A stretch of DNA of 64,000 bases from assembly GCF_009914755.1 (NCBI RefSeq), contig NC_060935.1. One strand, 5' to 3'. Position numbers and translations under genes: made by a program. The number at the start of each line of letters is the position of its first letter. The stretch's first letter is position 1. This DNA comes from the human T2T-CHM13v2.0 reference genome, Homo sapiens. This document shows, piece by piece, positions 1 through 11,110 of the stretch. The notes beneath the pieces are model-generated. The model made no database searches, was not told the DNA's origin, and was given only the letters and a program-made list of their open reading frames with translations.

Positions 1-565
1 CCTAAGTATTATTGCACATGCCCTCTGTGTCAGAAGCTGGTCAGACTGTTCGAGGACCCTTCCCAGGGTCAGGGTCCATGGCCAATATCACTTGCTCCAT
101 TTCTCGCCTGCCTGCACCTGGGGAATGAGCTCAGCCACCCGCCTACGTGGGGTGCCAGGCGGCATGCAGACTCCTTACCAACGTGGAGAAGGCTTCCAGC
201 TCACAGCCCTGACCTTGAGAGCTGCTTCCACATCCATTTCAATAGGCAGCATCTGAAAGAGAAAACCAGTCTCTTTTCAAGGCCCTTAAAGTGTTCATCT
301 TGAAAGGGAAATTGCATTTTGCAAAGCACTGCTCATGCATCTGACATTTGTACATCTGGAAAACTGGGATTGCTTTATGTGGCGCCCAGTGAAATCCAGC
401 TCCCCCTCTGCCTCCCACCCTCTCCCTTTCATGATCCTCTTCCCAGCTCCAATCCTGGACTCCCTGGGCCCTGGCCTCTGCCTGCAGCCCTCCTACCTTC
501 TATGCATAATGCCCCATTTCCCAGCCATGTTAACCATCTTCCTCCGTGTATGAAAATCAGATTGT

Positions 566-889
<324 letters not shown>

Positions 890-1740
890 TTAAAAAAACA
901 AAAACCGGCAAACAGACAAAACCCTTTCAGGGTGGAGGGATTTGGGAGCTGATTCTTTTCATGTACAATGAGGGTGTTCCTAGACGCCTTTCCAGGCCAT
1001 CTTTTTAGGCTAGATGTACACTCAGCAAACATTTGCCAAGCCCCTTCTGTGTCCCAAGCACCCCACCAGGACCTGGGGAAACAAAGCTGACTCAGTCCCT
1101 GCCCTTTGGGAGCCTGCAGCCGAGCTGGAAGGAGGGTTCTGCGCTGATTGCTCTGATTCATTGCATAGAATAATTTTTGTTTGTTTAGAAACATCATTCT
1201 ATTTTATAAAGACAAATGTCCACATTGTTGGACAAGAACCAAGAACCAGGTTCTTGGACAAGAGGCAAGAACTGGGTAAAAACACATGGACACATTCATT
1301 AAAAAAAAAAATAGTGAAAGAAGAGACTAAACATGCAGGTGTTGTCAACAAAAGCAATGATTTGCCATCAGGTCAGCATTTATGATTTACACGTTTAAAA
1401 TCTGCCATCAAAAGACAGTGCCAATTCCAGGCAAAACCTTCATCCTCTCCGCAGCTAGGGCTTGCAGAGCGCGCTCTGTAGGAGACTTCCCCTGAATCTC
1501 GGGAACCAGCCGTGCCCAGCACCCTGCCGGGGGCCTTCCTCGCCGCCTCTGTGCGCAGAGGTCTGTCTGCGGAGAGCTATTCTGGATCTCCTGAGGGTTT
1601 CCACTGGGCTCCTCCAGGCTACAGCACAGGCATCCCTCTTTCTTAGGTTACAGTGAACACAGTTCCCAAGATGTCTTTCATGCTCCAAGTTTTAAAAAAA
1701 GAAACAGAAATGAAAAGGAATCGCTGCCCTTCATCCTCCA

Positions 1741-1799
1741 ACCTGAGAGAGGCCCCTGTGAACCTGAGAGAAACCCCTGCGGACCTGAGAGGCACCTGC
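1741..1799 (+). repeat. Degenerate 21-bp tandem repeat, about 3 units
   Basis: ACCTGAGAG recurs at 1741, 1762 and 1783. Confidence 0.8.
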
Positions 1800-2010
1800 C
1801 ATCCCGCTTCTGTGTCCTCTGCCCCACCCTGCTGGCCCCCTGCGCCCTCTTAGCCACATTCCTGCCAGAGACCAGCAGGGGACTGCACTTGCCAACTGGC
1901 CATGCGGGACAGTGGCTCCAAAGGGGCAAGAGAAGGCATGCGGGGGCCAGCTGGGTGAGAAGTGATGGCCACTTGGACTGAGGAGGCAGTGGAGCTACAG
2001 ATATGTAGAT

Positions 2011-2577
2011 GGATTTGACAGTTTAAGGGCAATAATTCGCAGAACGATCGGATGGAGGCAAAGGGGAGCGTTCGGGAGGAGCCCGGGCCTCTGGCTTGCA
2101 GAAGCAAATGGACGGAGGCTGCACAATCCCTGAGCCCAGCTGCACTGGAGTAGAATCTAATTTAAAGGAGTTGGAAGGAGAATTGCGTGAGTTTGGCTTT
2201 GAGCCAAGCCCCTGCATTTGCACGTTTGCATCTGAGGACCCTCAAAAGCCAGCATTTGCATATACCTAGACCTCTGAAGACAGAACGGTGAAAGTCCTAA
2301 GTTTGGGAGTCATCAGGCTGTAAGTGGGACCTGAAGCTGAGTTCCTAGCTAAGACTGTCCTCGAAGGAAGCAGAGCATGGACAGAGAGGAAGGCTGGGAC
2401 TGACGCTTCAAGGGCTCACTCACTGAATGGACAGAGGCTGGAAAGGAGGATGCCTCTGTCCATTCAAATGTTCTGTCCATTTGCTTCTGCAAGCCAGAGG
2501 CCCGGGTTCCTCCCTCACACTCCCCTCTGCCTTGATCCGATCATTCTGCGAATTATTGATTTTAAACTCTCAAATCC
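2011..2577. repeat. Inverted repeat, 106-bp arms (2011-2116 and 2472-2577), 355-bp spacer
   Basis: Manual ungapped alignment: 13 mismatches in 106 bp, with a 32-bp perfect core. Confidence 0.95.
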
Positions 2578-3905
2578 CCATAGCCCCGGCCTTCAAGCAC
2601 TCTCCAGGTGTTAACAGGCAAGACCCTCCCAGAAACCAGCACAACTGCTGCTTCCATGGTCCCTGTGATTCTGGGGGATGCTGAGCAAGGATCCCACGGA
2701 AGGGTCATCAGTGGGGAACATGCCAGGGCCAAGCCCGAGGCTGCGCTGGTTTATGCACCTCCTGAGCAGAGCAGCCCTCACCATCCCCACCGCAACCCAT
2801 CTGCTCCCCGCAGACCCACCATCGCCGAGGACGGCCAAAGGACCTCTCCTGCAGCCCTGGGCTTCACTGACCCCGCTTTCCTCCCCTCTGAGTGCGGCCA
2901 TGTTGTCTGCTGGCTTGCTCATCACAGGATCTGGGCTGCTCTGACTTCCTCTTAATTAGCTCTTTTCATGTTGTAGCTTTGCAATTTCCCTTGATTTCCA
3001 CTGTCCATTTAAATGCCTTATTTTCATTTTTGAAGCATTCCTTTAAACTTCCTGTCACTGCGTTGGTTTCTATTGTGATGTCTGACAGGTAGCTGGCTTA
3101 AAAGAGTGAATTTCCATATTCTCCTTACAGATTTGCATTTTCCCATCAACTGGAGAAAAGACAGTTGAATCAATGAAATAGCTGGTGGGCAGAAAGGTGT
3201 GTGGAAGGAAACAACTGGCTCCTTTTGCAATATGAGATCTCAGGGGGGAATATCTCAGACGCCAGCTGTGGGGGAAGAACTTCGTAGTTAATATAAACTT
3301 TGATTCCTACATTCCTACATCACTGTCACCCAATGCACCCCATAGCCCTTAATTTGTGTTTGCCTCTGCCTAGGATAGCCGATTCTGGAAGATAATTCAT
3401 AAGCAGCTTTGGCTGTAGTTTCAGTGGCATGTCCCATGTGGTTCCATTTCGTCTTATTTGCTACAGGACGGTCTGTGCATCTGAGGAGTCAGTGCCCATC
3501 ACTTCCGGGTGCCCCTCCCTCCTTACCCTGCCTTTCTCAAGAAAGCTTTCAGTTTCTTTAGCAAAACCCTTCAGCCAGGTTTCACAGACATGTCCGGCAG
3601 ACTGTGACATTTTCACTCATACATCTACAACATGCACACCAAGACACACCCCCTCCAAGATTCATAGCAATACATTCCTAATTATATAGCTCACTTCTTT
3701 CTTACTGACCTTCCAGTGGACTACAATCACCTCTGCCTTATTCACTAGTTTACAATTAGAGTAATACATGGAAAACCTACACATTATATTAATATTCTAC
3801 CCTTGCATAAGCATATTGCCATCTTCTTCAAACACCACCCAGATGGAGAGCTGCAAGCATTTTCAGCTGCACTTCAAGTGTCCATGTTATCTTGGAAGAA
3901 AAAAA

Positions 3906-3908
<3 letters not shown>

Positions 3909-3936
<28 letters not shown>

Positions 3937-4221
3937 GAGACAGAGTCTCACTCTGTCACCCAGGCTGGAGTGCAGTGGTGAGATCTCAGCTCACTGCAAC
4001 CTCCGACTCCCAGGTTTCAAGCGATTCTCCTGCCTCAGCCTCCCGAGTAGCTGGGATTACAGGCATGCGCCACCACACCCAGCTAATTTTTGTATTTTTA
4101 GTAGATATAGGGTTTCACCATGTTGACCAGGCTGGTCTCTCGAGCTCCTGACCTCAACTGATCCCCCTGCCTCAGCCTCCCAAAGTGCTGGGATTACAGG
4201 CGTGAGCCACTGTGCCCTGCC
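3909..4221 (-). mobile_element. AluS
   Basis: Poly-T plus reverse Alu; TSD AAAAAAGCC(TTTT). Confidence 0.95.
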
Positions 4222-5414
4222 AAAAAAGCCTTTTCAATCCGACAGACCCAGATTCAGCCTCTGAGTCTCTTTGTCTGCAGCACAGTGGTAACTACCTCGT
4301 GGACTATTACAGAATTAAATAAGATCTCTTGGGCTCGGCTTTACTCAAAGTGGCATCCCTGTAAACATTACCACCTCTCCCCCTTTAAATCGGGGCCATG
4401 TGTGGAGAGAGGCCACAGCTCTTCCACTCTTGTCCTCCTTTGTGTCACTGTCCCGGTGTTTTCCCCATCATCCTTGGCTTTCCAAGAACCTGTTGGGCCA
4501 AGCTGGCCAGGCATCTTCTCCAGCACCACTCAGCTGTGCTCTTGTTAGTGCTGCTCTGAGAGGGACTTTCCCCCGAGGGGAGCCCCCCCCTCCCCCACAC
4601 TCTCCCAGGACACTCCCTCCTCCTCCTTTACAACTCACCCAGCCTGATCCTGCATTGATTTGCTGAGCACGTACTAAGCACCTGGCCGCCCTGTGCCCAG
4701 CACCACCACACCAGGTCCTGGCTCAGGGGCTTCTGGTAGGCACCCAAGTCAGAGCCAACCATGCAGCCCACATGCTCCACGCAGGATGCTGGGCCAAGGG
4801 CCCATCCTGGCTAACAAGGCTCAGCTCCCCTCTGACCCTGTACATGAGAGATCAGATGAGCGCCCTTTCTAGAAAAGCAAGCTCCCCCTGCCCCCTTGGC
4901 TTGTGAGGTTTGTTGGTGGGGGAGGGATCCCGCGTTCACATGGGGGAGGAACCCATCAGAACCTTTAGAAATGGGATTCTCTGCCTACTTGCACGGGCAC
5001 CCAGTGGAGCCACTGCTCATGAAGCAGACGGCTGCTTTGCAGTGATGAATACACTTCAGATCTGAGGGAGACGTGGAATTAGTCACGGTGGAAGGCTATA
5101 GCACATTCTTCTAGAGCAGAAGCGCCCCCAGAGAAATCATTTGTCAGGTCATACAGCAAAACAATGACCTCAGCCCCCAGGGCGCTGCAGCCTGCGAGCA
5201 GCCGGGCATCTGTCCTGAGAGCTGAGCAGACTCTCGGGGGGCCAGCTGCCCTGGCACCTGAAGCACTTCCTGAGGAGAGCGAGGAACTAGAGAGTGCATT
5301 TGGAGGTCAAATTTGGAATTGGCTGTCTAGATAATTCCCTCCCCCGCTCCCCGCTCCCATCCCTTCTTCTCCCCACCCTCCCTGGAGGTACAAGGAGAAA
5401 ACTGCCACTGAGAA

Positions 5415-5925
5415 GGAGGCCGGGGGTTAGGGAGGCCTAGGGTTAGGAAGGTCGGGGTAGGGAGGCTGGGGGTTAGGGAGACCAAGGGTCAGGGAGGCCA
5501 GGGGTTAGGGAGGCCTAGGGTTAGGGAGGCCGGGGTTAGGGAGGCCTAGGGTTAGGGAGGCCGGGGTTAGGGAGGCTGGGGTTAGGGAGGCCGGGGTTAG
5601 GGAGGCCAGGGTAGGGAGGCTGGGGTTAGGGAGGCCAGGGGTTAAGGAGGCCGGGGTTAGGGAGGCCGGGGTTAGGGAGGCCGGGGTTAGGGAGGCCAGG
5701 GTTAGGGAGGCCGGGGTTAGGGAGGCCGGGGTTAGGGAGGCTGGGGTTAGGGAGGCCGGGGTTAGGGAGGCCGGGGTTAGGGAGGCCGGGGTTAGGGAGG
5801 CCAGGGGGTTAGGGAGGCTGGGGTTAGGGAGGCCGGGGTTAGGGAGGCCGGGGTTAGGGAGGCCGGGGTTAGGGAGGCAGGGATTATGGAGGCAGGGATT
5901 ATGGAGGCAGGGATTAGGGAGGGCA
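5415..5925 (+). repeat. 15-bp G-rich minisatellite, consensus GGGGTTAGGGAGGCC, about 33 units
   Basis: Directly visible tandem array, homogeneous in the core (5650-5878) and degenerate at the edges. Confidence 0.97.
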
Positions 5926-6096
5926 AGGGTTCAGGAGGGCAGGGGTTGTAAACCTGGCACTCCCTACTCCCCATCCCAGCCAGGCGTTCTCATCTCTGCC
6001 TGTTTCCTTCCTGTTCCACTCTCCCTGTCATATGGAGTGGATTTTCTCTCCCCTCCCTCAACCTCTATGTATGTGTTGGACATCGGTTTTTGCCTT

Positions 6097-6752
6097 TGCT
6101 CTGGACTGAATGTTTGTGTCCCCCAACCCCAAATTCCCACGTTGAAACCCTAACCCCAATGTGATGGGATTTGGAGGTGGGGCCTTTGGGAAGGGATTAG
6201 TCTTAGATGAGGTCAGGAGGTTGGGGCCCTGGGAGTGGCATTAGTGCCTTAGTGGAAAGAGGAAGAGGCGGGTCATGGTGGCTCATGCCTGTCATCCCAG
6301 CACTTTGGGAGGCTGAGGTGGGCATATACTGGAGCTCAGAGGTTCAAGGCCAGCCTGGGCAACATAGCAAGACCCCATCTCTACAAAAAATACAAAAATT
6401 AGTCTGGTGTGCTGGCACACACCTGTAGTCCCAGCAATTCAGGAGGCTGAGGCAGGAGAATCGCTTGGGTCTGGGAGGTCCTGGCACCCCAGTCTGGGTG
6501 ACAGAGTGAGACTCTGTCTCAAAAAAAAAAAAGAACCAAGAGGAGACAAGACTCTTCTCTCTTTGCTTCATGTGAGGATACAAGGAGACGGTGGGCTTCT
6601 GCAAACCAGGACGTGAAACTTCACGAGATATCAGATCTGCTGGCACCTTCATCATGGACTTCTCAGCCTCCAGAGCTGCGAGAAATAACTGTTTATTGTT
6701 GAAGCCACTCCATCTATGGTGTTCTATGATACAGCCCAAGCTGACTAAGGCA
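6097..6752 (+). mobile_element. MLT1A-like MaLR LTR interrupted by an Alu (about 6268-6532, deletion in right arm)
   Basis: TG..GGACTGAATGTTTGTGTCCCCC start and ...CTGACTAAGGCA end; the Alu sits inside. Confidence 0.8.
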
Positions 6753-6998
6753 ACTTCCAAGGACAGGCAGTAGAGCATTCCTGGGGGCTTATGGCCAATC
6801 CCTGTGTTCTCCAGACACACATGATCTTCCTCCGTGTCTCCACCTGTCGAGTTATATATAGCCTGCGGGGTTGACAGCTGCTCCTCCTCCTACCCCTGCA
6901 GTATCCACAGAAGATCCCCTGTGCATAACCACATCTCAGTAGAGGCCACCACACTGCATCCATTTCATTGCCTTAATAGGGGTGCTAACTCCTGGGAG

Positions 6999-7198
6999 TA
7001 GAGTTGCCAGATTTAACAAATAAAAATACAGGCTTCCCAGCTCCATTGAAATTTCAGCTGATCAATGACTAATGTTAGAACATAAGTGTGTCCCATGCAG
7101 TTCCGGGGACCTACTTATACTGAAAAGTTTTCTGTTGGTTACTTGAAATTCAATTGAATTAGGTGTACTGTATCTTTATTTGCTGAATCTGGGACCTA
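6999..7198. mobile_element. MER53-like palindromic hAT MITE
   Basis: GTTGCCAGATTTAACAAATAAAAATACAG ... CTGTATCTTTATTTGCTGAATCTGG inverted ends. Confidence 0.75.
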
Positions 7199-7592
7199 TG
7201 CCCACTTTAGCCCATCTGATCACTAGGAGGGAGCAGTTTGACAGTTTATGCCCTTAGGCTGTCCCTACGAGGGGGAAATGATATGATAAATTGATCAGCA
7301 TATTAGAGTGTTAACTCAAAAGGTTCTCGCTTGTGAGGCAGAGCAGCAGTCACAGAGCCTGAGCCCAGAGGGCTGACTGTCTATCTCACACTCGGTTTCC
7401 TCACCCCTGCAATGCAGGCATTTAACCAGATGACCCCTTAACACCCTTCACTGCTGACATCCGGAGCCTCCTTGTGGAGCTGTTGTCAGAGTTTGGAAAG
7501 TGTGAGTGTGACCTAGAGAACGCTGGGTGCAGACGTGAAGATCCAGTATGTCTGATGTGGGCCCCGGAGTCTGCATTTAAACATGCATCCTG

Positions 7593-7874
<282 letters not shown>

Positions 7875-9671
7875 TTAGATGTTGATGATCTGAAAAGGAC
7901 AGTTTGGGATACCCTGGTCTTGCGTTTATCCTCCTCTGCAGGGTGTGCATGTGTGTGGGTCCATAGGGGCTGCTTCATTTTTAAAACAGGCCCCCAGGGT
8001 GAAAGTGCAACCTAACCCTAGTGAAAGGTTGTCAGGAATTGTCGTGAGGCCACCCATGCTCGGAGCTTCCTCAGGTCCCTCCGATTTCCTTGTTCACTCA
8101 CCTGTCACCATCTGTGGACCTGGGTGGTGGGGTCCCTGCCCTACCCCATGGACGGGGCAGCCCAACCAGCATCTGCACAGAATGCAGCTGCAGAAGTGAA
8201 AACTCAGGTCTGTCCCCAAACAGACAGGTAGGCACAACACGGTAGCCTGGCCCTGGGTAGGGAGCCATCTTTGCGGTAGGGAGGTGGGGTGTGGGCTGCA
8301 GCCGCACTGGGGGCCTGGATTCTTGGAAATGATCATGGATACTGATGTGAGCAGAGGGAATTGAGGGAGACCAGTCTGAGCTCACAGAGCTCTGCAATGT
8401 CCCCCCTACACAGATGGCCTCAGGCTGCCCTTGCAGATGTGTCCTGCACTTCTCACTGCCATCTGGAGTCAAGCTGGCATCTCCAGGTTTTGGCACTGTC
8501 CCACCTGCAGCCAAGACTCCAAGTGCACTTTAACTTCTACTGTTATCAAGAGCCTGGTCTTGCCCACTGCCGGCTCACTCTCCAAAGCCACAAGGGTCAG
8601 AGATTCAGCACATGTGTCTTGGAGCCGGCTAACCCAGAAGCAAGCCTTGGATCTACAGCTTGCTCAGTGACCTCATGTCCTTTACTTAACCTCCTTTGCA
8701 AAATACAGATAATGGTCTCCCTTCATGACAGACCCAGCCCCAAGGAATGCAATGAGCTGACAGCCTCCAGTGACAGGGGCCTGCACATCAAGGCCATGTG
8801 CTTCCCAGGCAGAGCCCAGCTGATGATGACTGCCATGGTGGGCTCCTCTACGGGCAGTCTTGGGCTGGAGCCCCTGTGCCACTCACCAAAAGTTTTCTGA
8901 GCAGCCTGCAGTCTGAGGATCTTCCTGCCTGACCCTCCTTCCTCCTCCCTCTCCTTTCGTAGGTGTCAGACCTGCATCGTGACCTGAGGCTCCCTCTGCC
9001 TACTTCTGCTTAGTTCCCCATTTTGTTCACAGGCATTACCCCTGTAAATCTCTGGCACGTCTAACGACATCTTGGCATATTCTTCCTGAGGACCCAGCTG
9101 ATGAATCATCCCATCTCAGGGCCCCATCCTCCCCTATGAGGGCCCTGCTGTTAGCGTGGGGAGTTAGCTGGGGCTCTGCATTCAGCGTCTGGTAGCTCCA
9201 CTACACATGTGATCAACTCCAGACCTCATTTTCAGTACAGCCTGTCCTCTGTCAGTAGCAGATGAGAGTCATTTTAAATACTGCTATGGAGACCTGTGGC
9301 CTCAAAGCGAGCCCTGAGTTGATAGTTGTGGGCTTAAGCCCATCTTTCTGTCTCCATGGGGTTCCTACTGCAATGAGCCAAACCAGCCCACTTCACGGCC
9401 ATGACCATCCCCGCTGCCTCCATGCCTTTTTGTTGCCAGGGCTGCTGCATGAGCCAGTGTGTCCTTTTATACCTGGACCTCATCTCAAGCCACCACAGGC
9501 TTAGTAAGATCTCACCACCCTGCACACCACCAGCCAAAGGGTGTCCAGCAAGCGATCCCAGCTCAGAATTTCATTTTAGGGGCTACTCCGCAGGGCTGCT
9601 TCTGGTATCGACTTTCTTAGTTTAGGTTTCCCCGAGGTCAGAGACTGAGACAAGGCCCTGAGTGCACATCA

Positions 9672-9677
9672 TTTATT
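9672..9677 (-). terminator. AATAAA poly(A) signal for the TP53AIP1 distal (beta) exon, LTR-derived
   Basis: TTTATT on the + strand near the 3' end of a minus-strand LTR33-like element. Confidence 0.6.
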
Positions 9678-9962
9678 TGGAAGGTGAACCTAGAATGCAC
9701 AAGGGAGGAAGTGCAGAGAGAGACCCACAGGGAAGGGAGAAAAGCCAGTGCAGGTTGTGGCATCCAATGTGGGCGATTGAGGTCATGCCCACTGGGGATC
9801 CTCGGAAGTGTCATGTAGACTATGGCTCAGCTGCAGCCCACCCAGGGAAGCTGGGGGATTTACACACCAATGCTTTTCCCCCATTGGTTAAGGGTTGCCC
9901 TGGGGCTTTCAACTCCCAGAATTTCAGGATGAGGCAGCTCTGCACACAGGCCAGGCAAGCTC

Positions 9963-9970
9963 TTACTGCA
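9963..9970 (-). CDS. TP53AIP1: TP53AIP1 beta-type terminal exon coding part (VQ*); total 86 aa
   Basis: Strong acceptor TTTTGTTTTGTGTTTTTCAG, then G+TG CAG TAA gives 86 aa, the known beta length. Confidence 0.7.
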
Positions 9971-10308
9971 CTGAAAAACACAAAACAAAACCAAGCTATC
10001 AATGCCGGGGCTTGTGGTAGGAACGTGTCAGCAGGAATGACTGTCCACTGCAGCTGGGGGACACCCAGCGGGGGCCCGGGGCTTGCTGGTTGGCATCAGC
10101 AGCATCTGCTATAGATGATCAAACCCGCACTTCTCAAACCGTCCTTGGAAGTGCATACTGGGAGTGCCCTCGGGCGTGCCATAGCTGTGAGACAACGCTT
10201 GGAGCATACTTTTCCTTGCAGAGTTTTGTGGAGATGCATCGTTTTTAGTTTTTAGCAAGTGGATATTATAGATTGGAATGCAAACTTCACAAGAATTTTT
10301 TTCCAGCT

Positions 10309-10314
10309 TTTATT
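10309..10314 (-). terminator. AATAAA poly(A) signal for the TP53AIP1 alpha terminal exon
   Basis: TTTATT on the + strand, about 200 nt downstream of the alpha stop. Confidence 0.6.
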
Positions 10315-10437
10315 TCAGATTTGGGGATACAGAAGGATGCAAAATGAGGCAACCTAGCCACCCAACTGGCCCAGTGGTCAAGGGGGGAAATGAGGTGGCC
10401 GCTAGTCAGCGCTGGAGCCATTTCTCGACGGTGCTTT

Positions 10438-10530
10438 CTGTTTGTTTGTTTGTTTTTGTTTTGAGATGGAGTCTCTCTCTGTCGCCCAGGCTGGAGTGCA
10501 GTGGCGTGATCTCGGCTCACTGCAACCTCA
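10438..10530 (-). mobile_element. 5'-truncated Alu (3' end of right arm) inside the TP53AIP1 last coding exon
   Basis: Minus strand reads GAGGTTGCAGTGAGCCGAGATCACGCCACTGCACTCCAGCCTGGGCGACAGAG; TSD ACGGTGCTTT at 10428-10437 and 10531-10540. Confidence 0.93.
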
Positions 10531-10638
10531 ACGGTGCTTTTTTCTGATCATAGCTGAGCTCAAATGCTGACCCCAGTGGCCTGTCTCTAAGCACTGTGGC
10601 TCCAGGAAGGAAAGGCCTGGAGAGACCTAGACCAAGGC
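10517..10638 (-). CDS. TP53AIP1: TP53AIP1 alpha terminal coding exon ([10 protein letters not shown]...KKAPLRLQ*); total 124 aa
   Basis: 141+112+122=375 nt = 124 aa plus TGA at 10517-10519; GAG acceptor. Confidence 0.92.
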
Positions 10639-10879
10639 CTCAGTAGGGAGGGAGAGAATTTACTCTTTGCAAAACGTATGGAGTCCTTGTTATTTACCAA
10701 ATATCATGTTACAGACCAGGGATAAAAACAACAATAATGAATTTCAGTGAATCTAAAACACAATCCATTGTAAGGCACATCATTATTCTATCTCCCAAGA
10801 CAGGAAAAAAAATCTTTAGATTTCATAGATATCAAATGGGCCAAAAAAAATGTATCTTGGAATAAACAAAATATGCTAA

Positions 10880-11110
10880 TGATAACAGTAAGATATGTAG
10901 GACATACTACGTACAGGTGCTGTTCTTAGCATTTCATATCTATCATTTTACCCACACAGTGAATCTGTGAGATGGAAGCTATTATCATTCCATTTTACAG
11001 ACACCTACACTGAGACTCAGGCAGGCCAGTTGTCCTGCCCATGTACACACAGCTCCTAAGTGGTAGAGTCAGGATTTGAACCCAGACCCCGCAGCCTGGC
11101 TCCATGCTCT
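10880..11110 (-). mobile_element. MIR
   Basis: ATTATCATTCCATTTTACAGA...ACTGAGACTCAG...CAGGATTTGAACCCAG core. Confidence 0.75.

Larger units (their letters stand above)
9605..10113 (-). mobile_element. LTR33-like ERVL solo LTR
   Basis: AGGTTTCCCC..CAGAGACTGAGACAAGG..GAGTGCA..TTTATTTGG.AGGTGA and terminal CAGCATCTGCTATA resemble the reverse LTR33 consensus. Confidence 0.65.

Noticed and set aside
4562-4571. Perfect kB site GGGACTTTCC
   Set aside because: An isolated 10-mer with no cluster or promoter context; it could be chance.
5415-5925. CRISPR-like array, true telomere tract, or coding PASLT-repeat ORF (5792..5974)
   Set aside because: There are no unique spacers and no contiguous (TTAGGG)n. 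The ORF is a by-product of the 15-bp period.
8361-8900. 179-aa plus-strand ORF
   Set aside because: Non-ATG (TTG) start, no recognisable domain, and a length compatible with chance in GC-rich DNA.
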